This document shows, piece after piece, positions 35,027-48,884 of a stretch of DNA of 64,000 nt. The stretch is from Hemiscyllium ocellatum (taxonomy: Eukaryota). The stretch lies in contig NW_026867481.1 in assembly GCF_020745735.1 (NCBI RefSeq), positions 62,001 through 126,000 on the forward strand, written 5' to 3'. Below the pieces are notes generated by a model. That model had not been told where the DNA came from. It worked only from the letters and a program-made list of their open reading frames with translations, and did no database searches. Numbering within the stretch: position 1 is the stretch's first letter; each line of letters starts with the position of its first letter. The position numbers and the translations under genes are program-made.

Positions 35027-36369
35027 CGTTGTTCAGGAACTGCAGGAGTTCTGCTCGCTGTGGAGGTTTGCTCTGCGACACATTTAAGTGCAACCACATT
35101 CATTCGGATTGATAATCTCCAGGGGGCCAATTAAATTTCAAGATCAATCTTGCTGACAATTCCATGCACAATGAGATGACCTCACTCTTTTATGCCTTTC
35201 AACAAAGTGGACGATTTCAATTCACTTTGGGATAGGCTTGTAATAATTTTAGTGGTTCGTCTGTTCTGGACTGGGCCAGACCACTCAAAGCATTCTAATG
35301 CAGAAAGCCCAGGCCATACCTTTTCTATTTGTTTCGGTAAGTGTACAGTGAAAATTCACCGGAGTAACTGAGTTAGGTTGACTACTTGGTTTTAAAACGG
35401 ACTAAAGTTAGTTCACAAAATTGCAGTTTGAAACATGAAGAACCGAATACAGAGTTACCCATAAAACCTAGACTATCCAACTAGACTTAATTATGGTGTT
35501 CGGAAAATGCACAACAGTCCTAATAAACAAACGCCTTAAACACCGAGTAAAAATGACATAGAGGCTTAATGATCGAAGGTGAAGTGCAGAAGTAGAGAGA
35601 TAAATTCCAGTCTCAATTGACTGACTTCAGCAGTCTTTTGTCACACACACCTCTGCTGAACTGAACTGCTAGATAGCTGGCCACACTTCCCTGACTGTAC
35701 AGGTTACTTCTAAATCAGAAAAGCTTTGCAATGAAGACCCATTTGTTAACAGATCAGCAAAAAGGCCGCCCAACACATTTTCTTTTATCTCCCTATCAAC
35801 CCAGCCGATTCAGTGTCTGGACTTTTTACACAACTCCTTCAAATATAAATCAAGGACACATTATCCTTGAGAAAAGGAACAGGTTTTAGAAAAATAAACT
35901 GTTTTGTATCTCCTTCCATCTAAAAAAAATCAATATTTCAAAATGGCTAAATTCTTAAAGGACCGAGAAAAAAACTTGTTTTGTCCTTTAAATCATGGTT
36001 GCATAGTACACTGACTATATATGTATATATATATATGCAAACATGCACAACCACATTTGAATTCAGGCCGTGGCATACCCACCAGCAAATGTTTCCATAT
36101 ATTATTCGAGTCTCAACAACGTATTGGCAATCACGTTTTTGCAAACTGCTGCAGGCACAATTGTCAAATTGAATGGCTGTCACAACAAGCTCGAACTAAA
36201 CTGTCTGTTTTTGTCTGTCCTGAAATTTTTCTACAAATGTCAACGGGTTATGATCAGTGCACACGACTGTCAGATGCATTGCTGGTCATATAAACACTGA
36301 AATGTTTCAATGCCAATGCCAAGATCAAATTCTCTTTCTCAGCTGTTGAATCTTTTTGTTAATGAACAT

Positions 36370-38760
36370 TTACGCTTTAAGAGACATACTCAATGGATCT
36401 TTCTTTCCTCTCATCATCATCCTGCAGTGGTATCGCACTGACACCCACACCACTGGCATCAACAGCCGCCTTAAAAGATTTCGTGTAATCAGCTGTGGCG
36501 AATAGTGGGGCAGTGGGTGACAGAGGTGTTAGGCAGCCAAATGTCTTTAGACAGTTTGTTTTCCACTGAAACGCCTTGCCCATTTTTTGTAACATTTCAG
36601 TGAGTGCAGCCGTCACACTTCTAACATTCGGCAAAAAGTTTCTGTTATGTCCACTCAATTCCAGGAACCTTGGTAATGCTCTTTTCCTCGATGGCGTGAG
36701 AAATTCCCAATTACTTTCTTTTTCACACCCCGTGGGGCAATTTGCTCGTGTCTAATAACATGGCCAAGAACTTGGCTTGTGCTTTGACAACTTGTCTTTT
36801 AGATTGGTTTACCATGAAACCCGCCTGCTGATGTCGATCGAACAAGTCCAATAAATGCTGCAAACGTTCCTTCGACGAGTGACGAAAAATCACCATGTCA
36901 TCAATGTACACCACACATATCAGTAATTCGGCAATGGCGTTATTAGCTAGTTTCTGAAATGTGGCTGGAGCATTTTTCATACCAAATGGCATGAGTTTAA
37001 ACTGATATATCCATCTGGCATTACGAAAGCCAAAATTGTCTTTGGGTTTCTGACAAAGGTACCTGCCAGCAGCCTCTGAGCAAGTCCAACTTAAAAATGT
37101 AAGTTACTTGTCCCACCTTCGCGACACAGTCCTCAACTGCGGAATTGGATATGCATCCGTCTTCGTAACGACATTGATTTTGCGCTAATCCATTTATAAC
37201 CATTGAGTACCATCTGGCTTTGGCACCGTGGCTCTGGGTGAGCTCCAGTTACTGTAAAACTCACTTCGATTGTGTTATTCTTCTAAACCTGCGTCAACTT
37301 CAGATATTTACACTGATAAGGATATTGCGAAATCGGAAAAATATCTCTTGGACCTGTCTCTTGCACAATTAGGATACTATTTCCCAGTCTATTCCTATGA
37401 TAATTATATCTCCTTCAGGTTATTGCGATTTTCTTGTGGAAGGTAGCTCCATAATTGAGCAATGTCTAATGCAGAGAAATTAACTTAGTTTTTCCTTCTT
37501 GATTGTAATCATCAACAACATCTCCTCTTCCTTTCCTTCCCTGACAAAATACCTTTTGAGCATATTCACATGACTCACTTTGCCACATTTCATCCTGTCT
37601 CCAGTTCCTATCAAGTAGTTCACCTCACTCAATTTCCTCTCTGTTTGATAAAGTTTACGAAACCTTCCTGTTAAAGGTTCACCTATTACTAGAATTAACA
37701 CGAATACCTTATCCCCAATGGCAAAATTGCGAACTTTGATATATTGTCCACTTTCTGCTCTATTGTATGCTGTGATAATTTTATATTCTGTTTTGCCATC
37801 TCCCCAGCTCTCTTCTTTTGTTCTGTAAAATTTGACACATCATCCAAATGTGTGATCTCTGAATTCTGATTAACTGTCCTATTGCTTCATGCCCCAGAAA
37901 TACTTCAAATGCACTGCATTTGGTCGATACTTTTGGTGCATCTCTGACCATATAAAGCACAAACAGCACTCCCCGATCCCAATCATCTGGATAATCCTGA
38001 CTATAAGCCCTCAATATGGTATTTAATGTTTGATTCCACCTTTCTCGCACTCCCTGCAATTCTGGATGGCAAGCAGTAGATTTAGATTGTTTGTTTACCA
38101 AGCTATTCATAAACTCCATGAATATTTTGGACGTGAAGTTTGACCCTTAATCTGACTGAATCTCTATTGGTTGTCTGTATCTAATAATCAAAAGAAGATT
38201 TAATTCTTCTCCAACTCTTCTAGCTGTGATATCGCACAATTTGAAGACTTAGGAAATCCAGTCGATGCATCCGCTATTATTCATCAATATTGCTTCACAC
38301 CTTTTGTTTGAGGTAGGGGACATCTGAAATCATTTAAGACTCCCGTGAACGGTTCCTCAAACGCTGGAATAGGTATTAAAGATGCAGGTTTTATTATTGC
38401 TTGAGGTTTTCCGATTAGCTGATACATATGCCACGCCTAGAAAAATTCAACTGCATTGACGAGGCCAGTAAAAATGTCTTTGAATTTTGCTTATTCTGCA
38501 TTTTCCTCACTCCTTAGCGACCTCTGACTAGCAGCTCATGTGCCACTCGCAGCACCCTCTTTCTATACTCAACTGCCAATACAATTTGAAGACACTGCAG
38601 CATTGGATTTTTCTAGCGAACTCTGCCTCTGTTGTAGATTCTATTTCCTCCTTTAGTTGTAAAGCCAGGAATTTAAAAAAAAAACGTCTGAATAGTCGAT
38701 ACCTGCGATAATTGTCCTAAATATTCCGTAAGACATCGGCACCTGCCAGTCACAGAAGTA
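36370..38760 (-). mobile_element. Duplicate of the Gmr1-like pol fragment
   Basis: ORF fragments MPFGMKNAPATFQKL..VYIDD, DYTKSFKAAVDASG and HPELQGVRERWNQ, in the same order as 4040-6440. Confidence 0.85.
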
Positions 38761-41700
38761 GGCTTTCAGTCTTCAGCTGCTCTCCTGTCCCTAAACTGAG
38801 GGATTAGGTTAATCACACTGCCCTAAACTCCCAGAAACGTTGCATATGTGCACATTTCGAAAACAGCCAAATATCCTTTGAAAATGAGATTTAATCTGCT
38901 CCAGCTCTCCCTCAAGTAACTTATATCATTGCAGAGTTACCTTCTTCACTGATAGGCAATCGTCAAATCCTTCTGAATAGTGTTCAACATTTGGTACAAA
39001 TTTTGGAAGTGGCAATATGGAGATTGTTCTTCCAGAGAGTGGGACCACCAGTTTGAACATTTGTGTCTCTATGTCTCTCATGCTATAATTGTGAGGCTTT
39101 TCTGCAGTGAGTTTAACAGTGTGAGAGTATGACAGCATGATTATGAGAGAGTGTGTGTGAAGATGAGAATGAATTTTACAGCGTGAGAACGAGCCTGAAT
39201 GAAAGAGAATTTGTGAGTGTGAAATAAAGAGTGTGAGCACATACGTGGGAATGAGTGTGAGCTTTTCCGAGAGTAAATTTAACTAAGAGAATATGAGAAA
39301 GAGACATTGCAGCTAAGTTTGAGTGAGAGTTTGAGAATAACGTTAACAGTGTCAGAAATAATTTATGTATTCTTTCTCCACACTTGCTGTTTCGTATTGG
39401 TGAGTGACGGGTCGTCTAATCTGATCATAGGAAGGTGCTTTCTCGATTAACCTGACTGTGTGCACATTAACTGGTAAACAACAATAATAGACGTTTTAAA
39501 TGTCCTGTTCAAAATAACAGTTGAAAATAAAACCTGCTTAAAAAGATGACATAGCCAAAAAATAGACTGGAGAGATGCTGTTCACCTTCTCCCACTGTGG
39601 GAGGGAGTTTACCCAATCGTCAAATTTAGTGAGACATCAGCGAGTTCACCAGTGATGGAAACGTTGTTATTTCATGCAGCCACATTCAGTATTGAAAAAA
39701 AAAGTTTCTTGGTTCAGGGAAATTTACTCCGACTTACTGCCATGTTCCGATAATCGGACTGTGGATGTTTTCCCTCAATGGAATTCCGTCTTTTTTTGCC
39801 ATTATTTTGAGCAGACGATTAAAGTAGTTTTTGGCAAAGATATGAAACAGAGGGTTCCACCACTCGTGATGTATGAATCAAACATCTTCAGTCGTAAATA
39901 ATGTATTCAAAGCTTATATTCAAAGACATATCAACAGGAAGTTCACACTGGATTGAGCAGAACGTCTTCTAAGTGACATAATTTTCATTCAGAAATGGAA
40001 CAGTGAATCCACATGTGGAAGGGTCTTTGGCAATTGACAGTTTATTAAATATCAACATATGTCATCCAAACCACTGACAACTCATTTCTTCTTCAATCAA
40101 ACCATCAGATAAATTCTCCATATAATCAGCCCAGAACTTCCACTTGCTGAAGAGAGAAACGAGTATGGAATTCAAAGACAAACCGATTAGTCATGATTTT
40201 ATTTAATGCAGGAAAAGTAGGGTTTCGTTCCACTCCTATTTCTTGTGTTCCCATGTATATAAGGGAATGATGCAATGGGCAAATTCAACTATCTACCTCC
40301 AACATCACAAATTAAAAGCATAAACAAATGAACAGTTAATGGTGTTCTTGTATCTGATCAAGAGTTTAGAATTTAAGGAGTTGTTGAAAATTAGTTGCAT
40401 TCATGAAGTCGATGCAGGCAGCCATTCGCCCCTCAAAAACTCGAAGATATTATTTCCCTAAATATTTGCTTGTGACACATGTAACCTGTTCAGGATATAA
40501 AGGTTGCGGCAGGGAGTGAACTTGTGATGGATTTGAGGTGAATAAGAATGAAAAAACATTGCTGGGCTCATGGAATGTATTGATCATTCTAATTATTCAA
40601 AAGTCTTACACATCCAAAATGCACGTGGTGGTAAAAGATAGTTTGCGTGACTGGAGACTAGTTTTACGTCAGGATTCAGTGCTGAGTTACTTATTGGTCG
40701 TTGCATATACGATCTTTTTCAATGAGAATGTGGCAGGAGAGTGGGGTGGAGGACAAGGCAACAATGTTTGCAATGACTGAAAACTTCGCCGGGTGATTGA
40801 CAGCAAGGATGACTGTCATAAGTTACAGGCGGTTGTAAAAAGTTTAGTAATGTGGCAGATCAGCGGCAGATGGAATTTAATCATGATAATAGTGAAGTGA
40901 TGCATTTCAAAAGAAACAAATAAGATAAGAGAGTATTAATTGAATTCTAACAAACTACGAAATTCAGAGGAAGTCAGATATTGTGGCTTTCTTGTAAAAC
41001 GATCGCTGAAGGCGAGTGGGAAGGCTTTTGCGACAGTTTAAGATGCATGGGGGCTCTTGCTATTATCAGTGGAGGTATATATTAAAACGCAGTGATGATT
41101 TATTGAAGATGCACAGGACTTTGGTTAGGTCACAACTGAAGTTTTGTGTATACTTCTTGTCTCTATCAGAATTGTATGATGGCACTCGAGGTGGAGTAGA
41201 GGTGGTATAACATTTTGGCGGTATGAACAGAATGGATATAAAGCAGTTATTCATCTTTGTTGGAGAATCAGCAAGAATGGAGCATCATTTAAAAATGAAA
41301 GGCAAATGGGTTAGAGGAGATTTGCGCTTAGAGCAAATGACCCAGCGAGTGGCTGGCTGAAATGCATTGTTTGGGTTGAGGTAGGTACATTCACAATCTT
41401 GCAAAATTATTTCGATGAGGGATGGGTTTCGTGCTGCAAAGCATAGAATTAGTGTAGTTTTGGTGGTATAGACCTGATGGGATGAAAACCCTATTCTGAA
41501 ATATCTGATTCAATGATTTTGTTTTCTTGGAGTTATGGTGGTCAGTGGGTAAAGAAGCCACACTGATCTTGACCTGGAGGGATAGGTTAACGGTATGATA
41601 GATTCAGTAATCTCTCTTCTCGGCAATTGGTTTTCTCGGGCGTTTCTTCGAAAAATCCTGTAACAGATTGCTTCCAGTTTGCTCTGGTTTCCTGGCTGCC

Positions 41701-41809
41701 GTGCTGTTGAGCGCTAAACACTGCACTTCGCTCTGTGGTTGCGTTTAATTTTGTGATTCTGAGCAAACCACACAATCTCCAACAGTAAAACCCTCAAAAA
41801 CTGTTCAAT

Positions 41810-41852
41810 AGTTTTTACACAGAGCTCAGATTGCATTTTTGTCTTTACTGTG
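41810..41852 (-). other. Defective RSS of V1b: CACAGTA, 27-bp spacer, GTAAAAACT
   Basis: Heptamer at 41852-41846 and nonamer-like word at 41818-41810, with the same 27-bp spacer as V1a. Confidence 0.65.
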
Positions 41853-42306
41853 CGGCTGAAAGCATATAATATATGGCAGTGTCAGTCAGCTGCAGCCCCA
41901 AAATGGTCAAACTGGTGAGTTGTATTTCATGTTGGAGCTCTGCCGAGAAACGGTCTCTGTAATGGGCTCCTTTCCCTTGTTCTGCATCCCAAGACCGGCT
42001 CCACACAATAAACTGAAGCTCCGTGTCTGATTGCTGCTGGGGCCAATACAAATAATACTCGCTTTCTGTTGTTCTGTAGGTACATCTCACAGTCACAGAT
42101 TCAGCCACTCTCCTGCTCTCGGAAAGCTGAGACTGAGTTACGGAATTACCATCACTGACATGTGGAACATGTTCAGAAAGAAGGCAATATTTAAAAAAAT
42201 ATTACTTGAATAACTGCGTGCTCCTAGTTTGTAGAAGACACAATTGGACTTATTCCTCACCTGCAATGAACATTGCAAATAGAAGACAGGTGCTGAATAT
42301 CCACAT
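41853..42306 (-). pseudogene. TCR alpha/delta-like V segment V1b (leader 42261-42306; V exon 41853-42161)
   Basis: The leader is MWIFSTCLLFAMFIA+G with a GTGAG donor. The V exon reads ESVTVRCTYRTTESEYYLYWPQQQSDTELQFIV...RFSAELQ...LQLTDTAIYY. The splice acceptor AG is changed to AC and the second Cys is lost. Confidence 0.9.
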
Positions 42307-45300
42307 GGCTGCTGCCGACTGACACTGTTGGTTTCTTTAAAAGCTCAAACTCGGACAGGAAGACACAGCATGAGAGGCTCCGATTAGCTGAATGCCAGTT
42401 TCGTATGTAATGGTTCTATTAAAACAGTGTAATCTCAGAGACAGAAAGGAAAAATAAGTTGAGATTCAAATTAGATCCTAGTCACCTGCAGCTGTTTGCA
42501 ATTGTGCATCCTCTCTGATTGTGAAGTTGCGACGAGGAATTTGCTAATCATCTCTGAAAGTGAAAACAGCAGCACAAATATAACAAATGGCTAGTAATTC
42601 TTAAAATGGAGATTGGAAATAAAAAAGAGGAACGGAATTGTTTTTTAGGAATGTCCCTATTTCACAAAACTATGCTGGATAAAGTAAATACTGTGAGGCA
42701 GAGTTTCAACTCAATGATGAAACTCCGCTCTTAGCTCCATAAACACAATCCAAAGCACTGCCTGAACAAAACACAGTATGGTAGAAACTAGAAGAACACA
42801 GTTATCATCAGATGGTCTGGAATTCCTCCTCACTCGTTTCACAAGAAAAGTCTTGTGGAGGAGGGATGGGAAACTGTCACAAAGCTCGTCACTTCTTTTT
42901 TCTGAAAGTTGTTCCTTGGCTCAAGGACGCTCTGTCCTTGGTGTCTTTTCCAGATAAAACAGCCCGGGCTCCAATCAGTCTGGTTTGGTACAGAAAAAGG
43001 TTTTGAAAGGCCTTTTATTTATAGGTAAACAGATGAGACTTCAGTCTAAATTAATCGTGTTTTCGAAGTGGCCTGTAGGACGAAAGAGGAGTGGTTGGTT
43101 CTCTTGTTGAGCTGTTTAATTCAGTCCTGAACTGGTGAGGATTTCGACAGAGAGCTGTGTGGAAACTCTCTCTCTCTTTATGCCCTTGAAATTCCACCTG
43201 CCACTTGTCCAAAAGCACCGGGCTCCTTTACGTTTAGAGTGCGCCCAGTTACTTTCCAGCATATCATTGTAAGTACTGGGGTGTAAAATACACAGTAAAC
43301 CGTCGAAAGTTCCCTCGACCGTTGGTATGATAACCTGATGAAAATATATGTGTGGGTTCACTTGCATGGATAATTGGGGAAGACAGTTTTGAAAAGGTGG
43401 TATCGGCTCAGTGGAGGTAACTAAAGACTCCAGAAAATGTAAAAGTGTAGACAGATTGTGAAAAATGTCAGGAATCTGACTTCTGGAAAAGCCCTCAATG
43501 GCACAACTCTGAGAGGGTGTGGTCAATGCAGAACTGAGAGCGTACAATATACTAAGTAATGGAAGTGAGTTTGCAGAGTAGATTGAAATTGACGGGTACG
43601 ATGTTGTGGATATCAGATACACGTGGCTGCAATGGTATTAGAGCTGATCACGTTCGATCCAGAGATCCTTGAAGGACAGGCTCTTCGGCATAATGGTTGT
43701 GTTGTTTTGTTTGGAAGAAATGAATTTTAATCATGAACATAAAGTAATTTAGGTTTGGGATGCATCAAATGTGTGTGGGAATGTGTTGAGAAGCAACAAA
43801 GTGAAGGAGACTCAGGTGGAATTAGTGGAAAGGCCTCACCAGGGGCAAAAAAAAAATCAGGAAATGGATAAGGCATGTAAGAAAGACACAATTACAACAA
43901 TCATGGGGGATTTTAGCAAGTCGGTGGATTGGGAAAGTAACGTTGGTCACGGATTCCCCAAAAATGATTCCGTGAAATATCTACACGTTGTTGTTTTTAA
44001 CGCATCTTGTGGAAGAACCCATGAGCAAAGGATAATTCTGAATTTGGCGAGAAGCAATGAGGCAGACCTGAATTGTTAGCATAAGTTGAAGGAAATCGTA
44101 GGTGATACTGACCATACTATTAGAGAATTCAACTTTCAGTTGAAGGGAGAGTTGCTTGAATGAGAAGTATTTGATTTAGAAGAAACCCACAAACACATAA
44201 ACAACATCCTCATCGGTATAAAGTTCACCAAAGAGGAAGAGAATATTAAGAGACTCCCCTTCCTAGACGTCACAGTCGAACGAAAAGGCATTGGAGACCT
44301 GCAGACTAGCATTTACTGGAAAGCGACACACCTGATCATATACTCAACAACAGGAACAGCCAACCCAACATCCACAAACAGAGCTGCATCAGGACATTAT
44401 TTAAAAGAGCGCCAACACGCTGCAGGAACCTGGACGTCCGAGAAATAAAGAAAAATACCTGTACCATGTATTCAGGTACAACAATTATCCGATACGTGCA
44501 GCCCATCAATTCTGGCATAGCAGAAGTAAACAATAAGACACAACACACCGAGAGATGATGGTCACCCTTCTAGACATTAAATGCGTCTCAGAGATGAAAA
44601 CCAGTCTCATGATAGCCAACAGACCTACTACCACACTGACACAGCTCCAAATTATTATAAATTACCCCTTTCCAGCAAGTAGCAGAAATCGAACCTAATT
44701 TCTAAATACTCTGCAAGGCCTGCAGAAAACATAACATTGGAGAGACGAGCCGGAAGATAGCCACCAGGATGCATTAGCACCAAATTGCCACCAAATGACA
44801 AGACCAAACATCACAAGTATGCAAATATACAAATGAAGGGTGACATCATTTCGATTGGGGCAATACATCTTTCCTGGGACAGAGTTAACAAAGACATGCA
44901 CGGAAATGAGGCCTGGTTTTCAAACTGGAAATTCATTAACAATCATGTCAATATGCGCCCCATTTACCCTCCTCTCAGACAAAGAACCGGAAGTGATACC
45001 ACCACCACTGCAGGCCAAGCGAAATTGCATGCGGTAAAGAACACCAGCATTTCATCGGAGGCTCACTGATGGTGTTACTTACCTGCTGCGGTGACGAAAC
45101 TTGTGAGAACGAATCTCCAGCTCAGTGAGCAAAATTTCAACCCAACTAAAAAGAAAACGAATGGGGATTGGTGGAAGGTACTGGCATGGATTGAATGAGA
45201 GACCTGTAGAAAACAGAGATTGGAGATAAACTGGTCACTATCGGGATGGTGGCCGATGACCAGTGAGTTCTGCACGGGCCAAAATGTGGACCACAACCAA

Positions 45301-46422
45301 TCACATTATATATTACAATGACTGAGGTCATTGTTGCAAAGTTTGAAAGTGACGCAGTTAGGTCTTGTAATAAGTAATGTTGGCGACCTGGAAAGGACGC
45401 AATAAGATTTGAGGGAGATAGGAACGTGAACAAAGACCTGGCAGATGGAGTATAATGAGGGAAATGTGGGGTCATGCACTTTGACATGAAGAATAAAGAC
45501 ATGTACTGCATTCTAAAAACCTTGGAAGTTTGAATCACAGACAGGCTTTGCTGTGCTAGTTTAGGATGGATTCTCGTCAAGGTAACATGAAATTTCAGTT
45601 TTCAGTGAGGAAGATGAATTCAAAGTTAGCATGCGTCTCAAGAGGGCTGGTAAACAACAACGAGATGTATTTCAGACGCTGTATAAGTCTCAGGTAAGGC
45701 CGCATTTGGAATATTGTGAGCAGTTTTGAGTTCTGTATCTCAAGAAGGATGTGAAAGCCATGAAAGGAGTTCCAAAAAGGAGTGCAAGAATCATCTGGTG
45801 GACGAAGGCCTTGTCATGTGGACGAACGTTTGTGGATTCTGGGTAGGTACTCTACGAAGATTAGAAGAACGAGCTGGAACCTATTTTAAACTTACACAGT
45901 ATTGGGATGCCAGGACAGAGTGAATTGGAAAGGGTTTTCTCATAATAGGAGTGTGTAGGATATCTGGGCATCATCTTCGAGTGAAGGGTAGACGATTTCA
46001 AAATAGTTTGAGGCGGAATGTGTTCAGCCAGAATACGTGATGAATATGTGCAACTCATTGTGGACGAACGCTGTGCAGGCCAAGTCACAAGTGCCTTTCT
46101 GACAGAGATAGATATGATGAGCTGAATCATGTTCTCCTGCTTTTTCCTGTCAAGCTATTAAGCGATTGCCTCAAAGGCGAGATTGAGACTGAATTGAAGC
46201 GAGTATTGCACAGATTTTCAATCAGAAACTAGCCACACTTTTAAACAATAAATTACAACTGTGTTTTTGCCACGTCAGTGAAAAGAAAAGCTGGCATCAT
46301 ATTGTTCAGCACTCGTTTTCCTTGACTCCCAAGGATTATTCACCCAGCATCACCAGAGTAAATAATGCAAGAATAACAAAGTGCAATTCGATCATTATTT
46401 GGAATAAACTCCCACATCGTTC

Positions 46423-48884
46423 CTAATTCATTAACTTAACAATTCGTCTCCAAAGATAATTTGCTGCATTCTTCAATTCCACTCTGAATTTTCTCTGTGT
46501 CACGGCATAAATACAATTGTTGGTGCAACAGCTCAGGAGCTGAAGCATATTTCCACTTTCTTGTCGAATGAATCTTGAATCACTGAAATTGGAACCTGAG
46601 AAATAAGGTTCGTTTGTAATTTTCACATAGAGGAAATCTACCACAGACGTCATCCATAACAGGATGAAGCTTCCTGAGATGGTGAAGAGTAAAACAATAG
46701 ACTTTCTCCGGCTCTCCATCTCTGGATCATTATGATTTTCTCCACTGCTCGTGCTGACTCGCAGCCGCCTCCTGGCTCCACTGGCTGCAAGGACGTGTCT
46801 GACAGTCAGAGCATTGAATAGTAAAATCAGGAGGAAAAGCAGGCGCGGATTTAAAACACGTGCAAACCAATCATAGGCACTCCACCCTAATGAAGTATAG
46901 AAGTTTGATTTTACGTTACAAAACCATGGGACCTTGTTGATTGTTTGTAATTTTCACATAGAGAAAATTTACCACATACGTCATCCATAACAGGATGAAG
47001 CTTCCTGAGATGCTGAAGAGTCAAACAATGGACTTTCTCCGATTCTCCATCTCCGGATCATTATGATTTTCTCCACTGCTCGTGCTGGCTCCGGGCTACA
47101 CTGGCTGCAATGCCGTGTCTGACGGTCAGAGCATTGAGCACTAAAATCAGGAGGAAAGGCAGGCCCGCATTGAAAACACGTGCAAACCAATCATAGGCAG
47201 TCCATCCTAATGAAGTACAGAAGCTTGATTTTACGTTACAAAACCATGGTACCTTGTTGATTATATATAATGGTTCATACATAAAGTACCAGGGGATACT
47301 TTTTAAACAGCTCAACAAACCGACTATTCTGATGACCACAACCGCTGTTTTCTCTGTGCAATATTGTGTTTTCACAATAAATAGCTATGAATCTATCGAA
47401 GGTGAAAGCAACAGTTAACCAGACAGAACTTTCTGTGGCTGCATAGATGATCATCGTACTGAGTGTACAGGCAGGCGTCATGGACATAAAACTAACTGGG
47501 AAATAAATGCCAGTGATCCGATTGAATATCACAGCACTGATAACCACCAAGAGATCTGCCACGGCCATGGAAACCAGATACCGAGTGATGCTTCCACAAA
47601 GATCACAGCTTCCACGGGAGAGGATCACGATAGCCGTCACATTTACTGAAAGGGTGAAAGAAATTGTAAGCGACTAACCAGATACATATTTGGGCAAGGT
47701 TTGATATTTTAGCATATTTTCTGAATTGAAACAAAAGCATTTTTGTTTGCATCTCCAGTGACACCTCCGTCTCACTAATAATAGCACCAACTTACATTTA
47801 CGTAGCACCTTTAATATAATTGTTATGAGATGCTTCAGAAAAAAAGTTATAGGTTAAAATTCGATGCTGACATACAGCAGGTCATTTATATATTCAAGAA
47901 AAACTAAATTTAACCTTGGGTTGCCATATATTCTGCAAATAAACTACAATCAGAATTGAAACCGTCAAGATAATACTGGTATCAAATCAGATTCAAACCT
48001 CATGAACATTGACATAACTGTACAGGTACTTTCACATTCATGCTGCCTTTCAATTAAAAGTACATTTTGCTTATCGAAATGTAGGACAGTGTCATCCTTG
48101 AAGAGCGAACTAATAATGGCTCAGAATTTTTCGCCCAGCAGTAAATGTTGCCGAGTAAAGCGTGTTACACTCCAGAGGGTCATAAAGACTCCAGTACGAG
48201 GGTGTGGAACGAATCACAAGGAAATTTAAAATCATCACAATTCCAGAGGATCTTCGGGCTGTGTACTCACTGGAGAGGTGACTGGTGGTGGTTCAAAGGA
48301 AGGGTGTCCACATGTCAGGCGACTGAAGTGGTTTTGTTTCCAGATATAGCATTAACAAAGCAGTTAAAGTTTTTGAGACAATCCACTATCCAAGATTGGC
48401 ACTCATGTCAAATTTGTTTTGGAGATTTAATTATTCGGAAAATAAAAGTGAAATTTGAACTCACATCAAAGCCCTTCAGAATACTAATCAAGGCACGTGA
48501 CTGCATGCTTCCATGCAAGGAATACGAATCAATTGAATACAAATGCTCAATGTCCTATGCTAAACCTTGAAAATCCAACCATGAACTCTAGATCTTGAAT
48601 AACTGGCCAAATATTCATCGTTCCTTTCAATCAGTCAAGGAATATTGTCATCTTGTGGCTTTAATCAGGACGACTCGGTGTTGAACGTTTCCTGAGCATA
48701 TTTCATTACCACGTCCAGCTGTCGATCGTTATGACATATTTTCAGTTGTCAATGGCCGCACTTACGTATTGAATCAGTTCTTTACACAATTATTTATTCA
48801 GTACAATGACTCACCGGGGACTCCAATGGCAGCAAGAATTGGATAGTAAATTGCATACACTGGACCATCTATTCGACCATGCAT
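46423..48884 (-). pseudogene. GPR139-like GPCR pseudogene B2 (paralogue of B1)
   Basis: Exon 1 (48815-48884) is intact and exon 2 starts at 47645. An 8-bp deletion after DRFIA causes a frameshift. There is an internal tandem duplication (46612-46942 / 46943-47262) and an 11-bp deletion in the second repeat. The ORF track shows B1-like fragments. Confidence 0.9.
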
